DNA of 64,000 bases from a virus (taxonomy: Duplodnaviria > Heunggongvirae > Uroviricota > Caudoviricetes). The stretch is taken from IMG/VR virus record IMGVR_UViG_3300018839_000001. One strand, given 5' to 3'. A program made the translations under genes and the position numbers. Positions 1 to 8,624 of this stretch are shown one piece after another (within the stretch, counting starts at the first letter, position 1; every line of letters begins with the position of its first letter). The notes below the pieces were generated by a model. The model was not told the origin of the DNA. It ran no database searches and saw nothing but the letters and a program-made list of their open reading frames with translations.

Positions 1-377
1 TTTTTAAATTTTCCTTCCAACCCATCATATTCAGAACTCATTTCATGAATAGTCTTTTTAAGTTTAGATATTTCTTTATCTTTTTCCTTGGTTTCTAAAC
101 TTAATTGTGATGTCTCTTTAGACTTCTTTTGAATCTCTTTTTCAGCATTTTTTAAATTTTTCTTTGCATCTTTATATAACTCTTTATATTTAATATCGTT
201 TTCCTCTTGATCTATTTCTTCATTTGAATCAAAATTTTTATTAACCATACCTTCCTTTATCTTTTCTTGAATATTTTTTTCTATTTCTTCTCTTTTATCT
301 TTGTTCTTTTTATTTTGTTTTATTTGATTTTTCATCATGGCCTTTTTGGGAAATGCGCTTTTTATATTTCTCGACAT
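1..377 (-). CDS. Partial Lys/Glu-rich coiled-coil hypothetical protein (runs off the window start)
   Basis: Not in the ORF track. AGGAGG RBS 7 nt before ATG at 377; frame open to position 1 (MSRNIKSAFPKKAMMKNQIKQ...ELYKDAKKNLKNAEKEIQKK...). Confidence 0.6.
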   Translation of the reverse strand, partial: MSRNIKSAFPKKAMMKNQIKQNKKNKDKREEIEKNIQEKIKEGMVNKNFDSNEEIDQEENDIKYKELYKDAKKNLKNAEKEIQKKSKETSQLSLETKEKDKEISKLKKTIHEMSSEYDGLEGKFK

Positions 378-512
378 TCATACTCCTCCTCTCGCAAGCA
401 TTAATAATATCTATATTGGTCAATCATTGCATAGAAGTGCATCAATTCCATTATAACCGAACGTTCCACAGTGTTGAAAGCAATAAAAAAGCGCTAATAT
501 AGCGCTTTAACT

Positions 513-1265
513 TTATTCATCCTTCATGCCATTTAAAATCCAGTTATGAAAATTCGATGCAACAATACTGCGATGATAATAATGACCATAGCTCTTGTGA
601 AACCCCATATTAAAATCATCAATCATTAATGCCTTTGCATTATCTAAGTCTTTTATATTATCATAAAATAACTCTGACATTACAATCGATTCCACTCTGT
701 TTTTATTACCTAAATCAGATAGTTTAGAGGCAATCGGAACAGATTCACCTATCCAAACTAAGTTATTTACACTAGAGGATTTTCTACCTGCTTTAACAGA
801 AAGTGTTGGAGAAGCATTTAATCCAATCCCAACTGTAATAGTCGGCAGATTTCTTTCCTCCAATAATTTATTTAACATTACAATATAAGTGTTTATAAAA
901 ACTGATCTAACAAATATATCACACAAATCATCTTTAAAAGGGGTTGAATAAATGGCATAAACACAATCACCGCGAATGCCAATCTCTTTTAAATCATTAC
1001 CTGTGTCTTTCTTCAATATTTCAATAATCTCAGAGGTAAATCCTCTTATAACTTTTGCTATATCTACATCTTCCTTATCTGTAAATAAAGTAGTAGAGTC
1101 TCTTAAATCTACAAATATAGCTCCTGCCCATGCTTTATAGCCATTAGTATATGTAAATTCTTCATCCCTTGGGAATCTTTTCACTTCTTTAACCGCATCT
1201 GTTCCATCAAGTATCTCTTCTACTTTCTTTTTTCTCTCTTTGTAGTCATATCCTAAAAGTTTCAT
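513..1265 (-). CDS. pycC: Class III nucleotidyl cyclase, Pycsar pyrimidine cyclase PycC-like
   Basis: Cyclase metal-binding motifs AIFVDLRDST and GIRGDCVYA; stand-alone 250-aa cyclase abutting a PycTM-type membrane effector. Confidence 0.85.
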   Translation of the reverse strand: MKLLGYDYKERKKKVEEILDGTDAVKEVKRFPRDEEFTYTNGYKAWAGAIFVDLRDSTTLFTDKEDVDIAKVIRGFTSEIIEILKKDTGNDLKEIGIRGDCVYAIYSTPFKDDLCDIFVRSVFINTYIVMLNKLLEERNLPTITVGIGLNASPTLSVKAGRKSSSVNNLVWIGESVPIASKLSDLGNKNRVESIVMSELFYDNIKDLDNAKALMIDDFNMGFHKSYGHYYHRSIVASNFHNWILNGMKDE

Positions 1266-1835
1266 TTAACTGAATCCCCCTATGTTTACAAGCAAAGCCC
1301 CTATCATAAAAACTGATATGATGCTGACAATGCCGAAAAATGAATATTTAACGCCCTTTTTAAAAAATCGATATTTAATTGTACATATCTTTGCGTTCAC
1401 ATAAATTTGAGACAATATGTCGCTTAATTCGTTATCATTATCTTTATCTCTAATTGTAACTTTTCTTTTAAACTCTAAAAAACTGTTATTTGATATGGTT
1501 TCAAAATAATATAAAGAATCTTTATAGAGACCCTCTTCCTCTAAAATCTTTTTATCTCTAGGAATCAAAACTTTAACTAAACAATTCGAGCCATAAATAA
1601 ATAAACACCAAGAAAAAATAAAGAAAATTAAATACAGGATGTTCGAAAAATTAATATTGTTAACTATCTGTTTAAATATTTCCTTTAACATGTTTAATGA
1701 CTGATCTGACAAAAATAGAGTTAAAAACACTCCAATTATCGCCAAAACAATGGAAGCTTTAGTGTCGCAACTTTTTATCCAGTCTAAATGTCTATCTAAA
1801 CGATTGATTAAATTATCTTTGTCAATTTCGCTCAA
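1266..1835 (-). CDS. pycTM: Pycsar transmembrane effector (PycTM / former DUF5706 family)
   Basis: N-terminal LDRHLDWIKSCDTKASIVLA signature, three hydrophobic segments and QIYVNAKICTIKYRFFKKG before the last TM; TTG start with GAGG RBS; abuts the cyclase gene. Confidence 0.85.
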   Translation of the reverse strand: MSEIDKDNLINRLDRHLDWIKSCDTKASIVLAIIGVFLTLFLSDQSLNMLKEIFKQIVNNINFSNILYLIFFIFSWCLFIYGSNCLVKVLIPRDKKILEEEGLYKDSLYYFETISNNSFLEFKRKVTIRDKDNDNELSDILSQIYVNAKICTIKYRFFKKGVKYSFFGIVSIISVFMIGALLVNIGGFS

Positions 1836-1864
1836 AGCTTCAACCTCAATTCTAAATTAGCAGT

Positions 1865-1895
1865 AAAAAATCTTACCGATAAAAATCGGTAAGAT
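1865..1895 (-). terminator. Intrinsic terminator 30 bp upstream of pycTM
   Basis: Perfect 11-bp stem ATCTTACCGAT / ATCGGTAAGAT with a 4-nt loop, followed by a T-run on the minus strand. Confidence 0.75.
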
Positions 1896-2069
1896 CAAGG
1901 GACTGGCCGCATGATGTTAAAACATCTTCGGCCTTTGGCGCGTAAAAGGATGTCTCGGCAACCCTTCACACAATCATTCAGACGCAATCTGAATACTTGC
2001 AAGAACACAATGTTCTCCGAGACTGCAATATAGGAAGTGATCCATGTAATGATTAAATCATTACTGATC
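1865..2069 (-). ncRNA. Putative ~205-nt structured leader or sRNA upstream of the Pycsar operon
   Basis: ORF-free and more GC-rich than its flanks. Stems: GTAATGATT/AATCATTAC (2046-2064); GTCTCGG/CCGAGAC (1952-1958/2017-2023) enclosing ATTCAGA/TCTGAAT and AGAACA/TGTTCT; GGCCG/CGGCC with GATGTT/AACATC (1905-1933); then the terminator. Confidence 0.5.
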
Positions 2070-2076
2070 AAGTTTT

Positions 2077-2105
2077 ATTTTACCTCATTATCCAAATAAA
2101 CACAA
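2077..2105 (-). promoter_or_regulatory. Candidate sigmaA promoter for the Pycsar leader
   Basis: TTGTGT-N17-TAAAAT on the minus strand; +1 would fall near 2069, at the start of the first hairpin. Confidence 0.4.
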
Positions 2106-2234
2106 TATATTTTATTTGAATGTTCACAAATTTGTTAGTGATTTAATCCTATTTATTGGAAATGTCTTTAAACGGGGTTATTGAATATGTTAATCTTAAA
2201 GATGGTACATCAAGCTACAAGGGGGGAATGAATT

Positions 2235-2417
2235 TTGATATTTATCTTAAGGGTTTTAGGTATATCACTTATATCAATTTTCGTTATATTTATGATCGGA
2301 CAATATCTACCATTCTTAGTAGAGCCGATATGGGTTGGTCTAATTATCGCATTATTTATCTGCCTTTTTTTAGTCATAAAACTCGAGTTAAAAAAATTAA
2401 AAAACAAGAAGGAATAA
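2235..2417 (+). CDS. Small 2-TM membrane protein with Lys-rich tail (60 aa)
   Basis: GGGGGG RBS 8 nt before TTG; two hydrophobic stretches and KKLKNKKE C-terminus. Confidence 0.65.
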   Translation: MIFILRVLGISLISIFVIFMIGQYLPFLVEPIWVGLIIALFICLFLVIKLELKKLKNKKE

Positions 2418-2469
2418 TCTTACATGTATAGAATTGGTAAAGAAGGCGGGGTGAAATTAGGAGGAAAAA

Positions 2470-3315
2470 ATGAAAAAATTACTTTTCTTATTAGTCGTAG
2501 TCACATTAAGTATTTTAGGCTTTAGTCCATCAGGAGCATTAGCCAGACAAACAACTAAGGAAAAAGACATTCAAGAAGTAAGACATTATGTTGAGAAACA
2601 AATGCCTATCTTGGAATCAGAGTTGAAACAATTATCGAAAAACTCTTCTTTGGAAGAGATTGAAGAGCTTATATCAAATCACTATAAGAAACACCCTGCC
2701 CCAAAAGCTCTTCAAAATCCAGAATTGTCTGTGTTTAATGTTTTCCCTGATAAGGTGAAAAAATACAAAAAATTTGAAGGAAAATCTTTAAACTTGAACA
2801 ACCTCATGAACGATCCAAGATCATCCTCATTAGGCGAAATGATTACTTTTGAAAACGACAACAGTAAGGTATCAGTTCTTTTAGGGGAAACTGGACATAT
2901 TAATATTCTGGAGAATAAAAAAGTGTCCTCTCCACGTCCTCAGAAAAATAAAATAGCTTTGGCTACAGGGACAGAAAGGACTACTGGAATAGGTTATGGA
3001 TTAGGTGGAGCAAAGCAATTTACCGTATGGGCAGAGGGAAACTTCCGCTATGATGGAAAGAAAGTTTCTGTAATAAGCAATGATGGAGATTGGGTAAGAC
3101 ACCTTTTCGGATCGGTTTTCACTTACACACCTAAAGGTATGGGGAAAGTAAGAGATACAAGCATAGGAAAATATAAATATAAAGAGGTTTACTCTCGCTT
3201 GTTAGTTGAAACTTTAGCTGGATTCAAGTGGGGAAATGCAGTCTTTGGAACAAAAACAGTTGAGGTCTACGTTGGATCAACTGTAAACGGAAATATTTAT
3301 GGAGGAACAAAATAA
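2470..3315 (+). CDS. Secreted hypothetical protein (281 aa)
   Basis: GAGG RBS; Sec signal peptide MKKLLFLLVVVTLSILGFSPSGALA; Gly/aromatic beta-rich C-terminal half. Confidence 0.8.
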   Translation: MKKLLFLLVVVTLSILGFSPSGALARQTTKEKDIQEVRHYVEKQMPILESELKQLSKNSSLEEIEELISNHYKKHPAPKALQNPELSVFNVFPDKVKKYKKFEGKSLNLNNLMNDPRSSSLGEMITFENDNSKVSVLLGETGHINILENKKVSSPRPQKNKIALATGTERTTGIGYGLGGAKQFTVWAEGNFRYDGKKVSVISNDGDWVRHLFGSVFTYTPKGMGKVRDTSIGKYKYKEVYSRLLVETLAGFKWGNAVFGTKTVEVYVGSTVNGNIYGGTK

Positions 3316-3341
3316 TTTTTTAAGTAAAGCCTCGCCTAAAT

Positions 3342-3380
3342 AAGAAAAGAGAGACTCACGACTAAAGTCTCTCTTTTCTT
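3342..3380. terminator. Bidirectional intrinsic terminator
   Basis: Perfect 15-bp stem AAGAAAAGAGAGACT / AGTCTCTCTTTTCTT between convergent transcription units. Confidence 0.8.
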
Positions 3381-3465
3381 TTACATTTTTGAGCTTATTT
3401 CTTTGACAGGCTGTTCTGTCAAAGATAATTTTAGAACTTTTGTCACAGTTTGTCAATATTATTTG

Positions 3466-3732
3466 TCATTTTCTAGTTTCATACTTATAAGACAGGTAAT
3501 CCATTAAAGCCATGAACATGCTAGCCCTATACATACCCGCGAAATGAACCGCCAATCCCGCTTGCTTCGCCTCATTATATTTATTCCACTGTTTAGCTAG
3601 AGCCACAATGATCTTATGATCTTTAATTCTTTCTTTAATTAGACCAAACATTTCATAGATTTTCTCCTCATCGTCTTCTGTTACTTTTGTAATAAACCTT
3701 ACTGCTTGATACGTTAGTATATCATCCCACAC
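3466..3732 (-). CDS. Hypothetical phage protein (88 aa)
   Basis: ORF in tandem with neighbours, overlapping the upstream stop; GGGGTGTGG RBS-like. Confidence 0.6.
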   Translation of the reverse strand: MWDDILTYQAVRFITKVTEDDEEKIYEMFGLIKERIKDHKIIVALAKQWNKYNEAKQAGLAVHFAGMYRASMFMALMDYLSYKYETRK

Positions 3733-3928
3733 CTTTAATCACCTTCACCTTGCTTACAATCCAATAAATCCAAAACATAAGCCATCTCGGGTACTTGCAG
3801 ATTCCTACATATGTATCATCTATTCGAAAAATCAAAAATCCTAAAAACCAATATGTCACGAATACACAATATGCATAAGTGCCTAATCCTAATAATAAAT
3901 AAAAACCTATTAACAATAATAAAATCAT
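3722..3928 (-). CDS. Small membrane protein (68 aa)
   Basis: Hydrophobic N-terminus; operonic position. Confidence 0.55.
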   Translation of the reverse strand: MILLLLIGFYLLLGLGTYAYCVFVTYWFLGFLIFRIDDTYVGICKYPRWLMFWIYWIVSKVKVIKGVG

Positions 3929-3999
3929 TTCTTCACCATTTTCTTAATACTGTTTTAGGGATGATTACTCCATCCCTATGCTTTACTTTTAAAATTAAA

Positions 4000-5229
4000 T
4001 TAGCTACTCGTTCTGCTATCATCGATGATCATCAATTCGCTTACAAAAGTATTGAATACACCTTTTAAAAGTATAATTTTTTCTTTGATCGGACTTACTG
4101 ATTTAAAGTGATAATGAATTTTTACCGCAGAGAAATATGCACTAGCTGTTCGTCCGACTCCCTCATTAGTAAGCTCATCTTTTATAATCGTAAGATTTTC
4201 TTCTGGTGCTTTCACAGAGTCCACTCTGTAATGAATTTTATCGAACATCTCGTCATTTTGGGAAAATGTTAAGATATCTCCAACATGAACTTCCGTTGGA
4301 TTTGGCACGTTAAGATATTCGTCAGGTACTTCGAGACCAAGTGCACGGTGGAGAGCGATAGCCTTTCCGATATGAACGTTGAAGCAGTCGTCCGGTGCGG
4401 CCTTGGCGATTCCTTTTGACCTTACGACACCTCTTCCTACCGATTTGAGGAGAGCGACAACAGTACGTTTCGCTTTATTAATAACGAACTCTACGTTACA
4501 GACAATGTTACGATATGAGTATCGTAATTCTCCGTAAAATGTCCGTTGCTTAAGATTTTCGAGATCCGCCTTCGCCTGTTCAACGATTTCATCTCGGCGT
4601 TCTTGTGCGGTCTTTTCTGGCTTCCATAGACGTTCTTCTTCTGTTGTGCAAACTGGTGTTGTGACCGTATTAACATCACCAGGGATAATAACAACATCCT
4701 CGTTTGTTTTCGCGTAATGAACAACGAATGCATAAGAATACGCCCCACCGATGACAATATCTCCTAATCGAGATTTATACCCAAAATATTTGTCGTCCTT
4801 TCTTTCGAACACAGTTTTCGCTTGATCTACTAACATTTTATTCATTTCGTCAGCCTCCTCGTTTTTAACTTCGTTATTGACGATGACTTCGTATTCGTAA
4901 TGGTTTAAGAATATTGGACGACCGTTCTTGTACGATTCAACACCGTAAATATTAACGTTGTCTACTGTCACAGGTTCATAAATTTCGTAGTCTTTACGGA
5001 CTGGTTTTTCCGTAATCAAGACACGCTCGCCAACCTCAGCCGGACGCTTTTCTGTGACGATGAGTTCGGCGTCTTCTTTTCTTATTGCCGCTAATCGTCC
5101 ATCTCCTCTCCGCGTTGTGTAGAAATTAGAATCTCGTTCGATCTCGAACACCTGACCGACCTTATCCACATACCAGTACGAAGGTTTACCCGCCTTCAAA
5201 ATCCGCACATACCTTTTCGTTTTAGTCAT
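4000..5229 (-). CDS. Hypothetical Bacillus phage protein (~409 aa)
   Basis: Long ORF; AAAGGTGG RBS before ATG at 5229; contains KAAPDDCFNVHIGKAIALHRALG, a motif I associate with Bacillus siphophage hypotheticals. Confidence 0.75.
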   Translation of the reverse strand: MTKTKRYVRILKAGKPSYWYVDKVGQVFEIERDSNFYTTRRGDGRLAAIRKEDAELIVTEKRPAEVGERVLITEKPVRKDYEIYEPVTVDNVNIYGVESYKNGRPIFLNHYEYEVIVNNEVKNEEADEMNKMLVDQAKTVFERKDDKYFGYKSRLGDIVIGGAYSYAFVVHYAKTNEDVVIIPGDVNTVTTPVCTTEEERLWKPEKTAQERRDEIVEQAKADLENLKQRTFYGELRYSYRNIVCNVEFVINKAKRTVVALLKSVGRGVVRSKGIAKAAPDDCFNVHIGKAIALHRALGLEVPDEYLNVPNPTEVHVGDILTFSQNDEMFDKIHYRVDSVKAPEENLTIIKDELTNEGVGRTASAYFSAVKIHYHFKSVSPIKEKIILLKGVFNTFVSELMIIDDSRTSS

Positions 5230-5254
5230 ACACAACCACCTTTAATTATTTCAT

Positions 5255-5270
5255 CATTATTAATTAGTTT
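5255..5270 (-). repeat. 16-bp motif copy AAACTAATTAATAATG
   Basis: Exact copy, intergenic, directly after TTGATA (-35-like) on the minus strand. Confidence 0.7.
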
Positions 5271-5283
5271 TATCAAATTAAGA

Positions 5284-7566
5284 TTACAAATAGCAAAGCT
5301 CGTTTTCGCTATTTTCTTCAACTTTTTCGACTGTTTTTTCAGACACAAAAGATTTAGTTTTATCTTCATTAAAATCGCTAAGGCACTCTTGCAAAAAGCT
5401 TCTTCTCTCCATATTTGCAAATTTTCTAATTCCATGATTAATTGCTTCTGATTGTCCTAAAACCAACATAAATTCTTTAGCACGTGAAAAACCAGTATAA
5501 ATTAGGTTTGCATTTAATTGATATTTTGATGATTTATCAATAATGACGATGACTACTTTATATTGACTACCTTGAGACTTGTGAATTGTAGTAACCCATG
5601 AATGAACGATATTCGTAAGAATTACTCCAAATTTAAATTTAACTTTAATGCCATCAAAATCAATGATAAAAACCTTTTCTTCTTCATTAATGTCTACAAT
5701 TATCCCTGTATCTCCGTTGAACACATCTGCCAAACCACCATCTGATGTTTCTACTCTATACGTATTCACTGTGTTCATCACTGAGTCTCCCACACGAAAT
5801 GTTACTTGGTTATCCTTGTTACCTACCCTCTTCTCTTTCTTGTTATCTGATGGAGGGTTCACAATTTTTTGGATTTCTTTATTAAGCTCCATTGTCCCAA
5901 GTTTTCCTTTATTTGTTGGAGTTAAGATAACAACCTCATCATGACTAAATCTCTTTAAAACATTTTTATAATTTTTAATTACTCCATCGCGAACATATTT
6001 TTGATCTGACAGCCAAAATACGCAGTCTCTGCCAAACTGGATACGACCTTCCGCTTCTTCATTAAGAAATATTTCACCATTCCTAACTTTGGTGGAGATA
6101 TCTAAAATCCCTCCATCTGCTTGTCTAAAGACTTTCTTTAACTTTGAAATTTTAATACTCAAACTATTAATGCAGTCGTATAAGAAGTTTCCAACCCCCA
6201 CACTTGGTAATTGAAAGTCATCTCCTACAAATAAAATTCGCGCATTCTCATTTTGAATTGATTTGAAGAGTTTTGACAAAATGAAAACATCACACATAGA
6301 GCTTTCATCCACAATAATAATATCCTCAGTGATAGGATTTATTGCATTTTCATCCTCTCCAAACACTCCCGTTTTACGATGAATAGTTGAAGCTTGTCTT
6401 CCAGTATAACCAGTCATAACTTTACTCGCCTTACCTGTTGGTGCTAATAATGCTGTGGTTAAACTCTTTTTGTCAATTAACTCTAATAGTATTCTTTGTA
6501 ACCAGCTCTTACCCATACCTCCTCCACCAACTAAGAATAAGATATTGTTTTCATTCCAATCATAAAAAAACTGTCTTTGATTTTCTTCCAGCTCAACATC
6601 GTTATCTTGACAATATTCATCTAAAAATGAATCTAATTCTTCTCTTGAGAACAGTTGCTTAGAAGTTGTTTTAAATTGAATCATTCTTTGAGCTATGTAA
6701 TTTTCCGCCTCAAAAACAACATCTCTTGTAAATCTTTCTCCATCAACATTTTTTACACCTTTTGCATTTCCATCTAAGCGATTTTCAATATCTTTCTTAT
6801 CAATATTTAAAAGCTCAATCGCTCTATTTAGGAGTTGTTTACGACCGATCCACGAATGACCATTAGCATTTTCTTCGCTAATAATATATCTCAAACAAGA
6901 ATCTATCCTGTGATCGGATTTCATATCATACCCAACTGCTTTTGCAATTTCATCGGCCTTCTTAAATCCTACACCTTTCACTTCTGTTAAAACATATGGA
7001 TTGGAGTTGATTTTATCAATAACAATTGATGGGTTTTTATATTCTTTGATTAGCTTAGCAATCATATTATATTTAATCCCATACTTATTACAGAAGGCTA
7101 AAACTTCACTCATATCAATATTGTCCATTACTTTCTTTTGAAGCTTTTGAAAAGACTTTTCTCCTAATCCTTTTACCTTGGTATAATCAAATTCACCCGA
7201 TTCAATCAGGTTAATAACATCTTGATCCTCTTTGTAAACAGTATAAATATTTTCAATTTGGTTTTGAGTTAGAATCGTAGACAAGAACTTCTTTTGGTCG
7301 TTAACTGTTTCAGGTTTGTCTTTTTGAATAGAGTCTACGATATAGCTACCTTTATAATTGCTAGAAGAGTCTTCTTTCACTACAACTGTGTACTCTTCAT
7401 ATAAATTTAGATTGGGCATAACTCCCTTAATTGAAATATTTCCATACTTATTCAGTTTGACTCCAGACTCTAAATAGTCTGGATGAACTTCAACTCCATA
7501 TATACTAAAGAATGTTTCATCATTAAAAAATACACGCTTCGTTGGTTTTACTCTAAGTTTAATCAC
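5284..7566 (-). CDS. recD2: RecD2-like SF1 helicase
   Basis: N-terminal OB/HhH region (GVGFKKADEIA), Walker A GGGGMGKS, motif Ia LAPTGKAS, DESSM, VGDDFQLPSV, TIHKSQGSQY, YTGFSRAK. Confidence 0.9.
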   Translation of the reverse strand: MIKLRVKPTKRVFFNDETFFSIYGVEVHPDYLESGVKLNKYGNISIKGVMPNLNLYEEYTVVVKEDSSSNYKGSYIVDSIQKDKPETVNDQKKFLSTILTQNQIENIYTVYKEDQDVINLIESGEFDYTKVKGLGEKSFQKLQKKVMDNIDMSEVLAFCNKYGIKYNMIAKLIKEYKNPSIVIDKINSNPYVLTEVKGVGFKKADEIAKAVGYDMKSDHRIDSCLRYIISEENANGHSWIGRKQLLNRAIELLNIDKKDIENRLDGNAKGVKNVDGERFTRDVVFEAENYIAQRMIQFKTTSKQLFSREELDSFLDEYCQDNDVELEENQRQFFYDWNENNILFLVGGGGMGKSWLQRILLELIDKKSLTTALLAPTGKASKVMTGYTGRQASTIHRKTGVFGEDENAINPITEDIIIVDESSMCDVFILSKLFKSIQNENARILFVGDDFQLPSVGVGNFLYDCINSLSIKISKLKKVFRQADGGILDISTKVRNGEIFLNEEAEGRIQFGRDCVFWLSDQKYVRDGVIKNYKNVLKRFSHDEVVILTPTNKGKLGTMELNKEIQKIVNPPSDNKKEKRVGNKDNQVTFRVGDSVMNTVNTYRVETSDGGLADVFNGDTGIIVDINEEEKVFIIDFDGIKVKFKFGVILTNIVHSWVTTIHKSQGSQYKVVIVIIDKSSKYQLNANLIYTGFSRAKEFMLVLGQSEAINHGIRKFANMERRSFLQECLSDFNEDKTKSFVSEKTVEKVEENSENELCYL

Positions 7567-7610
7567 TCCATATCATCTCCCTTTAGTTTTGGAACAAATA
7601 TAATACAATT

Positions 7611-7639
7611 ATTATAACATTATTAATTAGTTTTGTCAA
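7611..7639 (-). promoter_or_regulatory. Consensus sigmaA promoter with the 16-bp motif as spacer (recD2 operon)
   Basis: TTGACA-AAACTAATTAATAATGT-TATAAT with a TG extended -10. Confidence 0.85.
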
Positions 7640-7747
7640 TTGAAAAATGCTGTTTAGACACTTATTAAATCTATACAAAAGAATATCTATTTAAAAAGAA
7701 TCACTCAATAAAATAAGATCATCCCTCTAAATAGATATCAACATGAT

Positions 7748-8083
7748 CTAGATAATCATAACGTGAATACCATTTATAAGAAATGCTTTTCCTTTGATCT
7801 TTACTCTTTCTTTTATATACATTTCTTCAATAATATCAACAATGTCTTGCAGTTCAGGATAATCCATTTCTCCTTGAACTTCTGCATCCATATAACCAAA
7901 CATTGAAAAATCGGACATTGTATAAGATAAATCATTTAAGGTTTTCCCGTCTTCAAAATATTCGAGCATACTTATATGCTCAGCTTTTCTAGGAGTGTCA
8001 TGCTGTATATTGGAGATTTTAAAAACGGCATCAATAATATTATTTTCAACATTTACTTCATATACTTTTATCAAAATTCTCAC
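7748..8083 (-). CDS. Hypothetical protein (111 aa)
   Basis: GAGGG RBS before GTG; tandem with upstream ORF. Confidence 0.6.
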   Translation of the reverse strand: MRILIKVYEVNVENNIIDAVFKISNIQHDTPRKAEHISMLEYFEDGKTLNDLSYTMSDFSMFGYMDAEVQGEMDYPELQDIVDIIEEMYIKERVKIKGKAFLINGIHVMII

Positions 8084-8090
8084 ACCCTCG

Positions 8091-8411
8091 TTAAATGACT
8101 TTGACTGTAAAATTATTTATATTGTAAACATTTCCGTTCCCGTATTCGATTACTCCTTGGTACAATAAAGATTGAAAAACCTCTTCAAATTTAAATAAAT
8201 CGGCATAGAAATCTGTGGATATATTAAAAGATACATACCCTATAACTTCAATTTCGATATGCTTTGCATCCAACCCTTGATAATAGTAAGTTTCTACTCG
8301 TTCGGTGTCTCCAAAAACAGAAAGAGCCTCTTTTCTTATCTCTTTTTTAACACCTAAGTTGTCAAATTGTTTTATTATAAGTACAATATCAATTTTATTC
8401 GACTCAATCAT
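8091..8411 (-). CDS. Hypothetical protein (106 aa)
   Basis: AAGGGAAGAG RBS; downstream of a motif-bearing extended -10 (ATGATATAAT, 8491-8500). Confidence 0.6.
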   Translation of the reverse strand: MIESNKIDIVLIIKQFDNLGVKKEIRKEALSVFGDTERVETYYYQGLDAKHIEIEVIGYVSFNISTDFYADLFKFEEVFQSLLYQGVIEYGNGNVYNINNFTVKVI

Positions 8412-8500
8412 GATCTCTTCCCTTTCGTTAATAGTTCGTCTACCTATGTTTAAAGCATATCATTTATATTCCCCGTTAAAAATGGTTTTAATTATATCAT

Positions 8501-8516
8501 CATTATTAATTTGTTT
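8501..8516 (-). repeat. 16-bp motif copy AAACAAATTAATAATG
   Basis: Exact copy, followed on the minus strand by ATGATATAAT. Confidence 0.7.
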
Positions 8517-8624
8517 TATTTTTCGTTCTAAGAAGTTTTTGCTCTTCCGAATACAAATACATTAGAATATATTTAAAACGGCTGTATGACCCCTTAAAAT
8601 GATTTTAAGAGGCATTTATGTTAT

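Noticed and set aside
1896-1965. SAM-I (S-box) riboswitch-like words AGGGACTGGCC and CGGCAACC on the plus strand
   Set aside because: Spacing and intervening stems do not fit SAM-I, AAGGTGC and the P1 pairing are absent, and the terminator faces the minus strand.
2156-2431. 91-aa ORF as the real gene at this locus
   Set aside because: No RBS at a usable distance; the overlapping 60-aa frame has a well-spaced RBS and coherent 2-TM composition.
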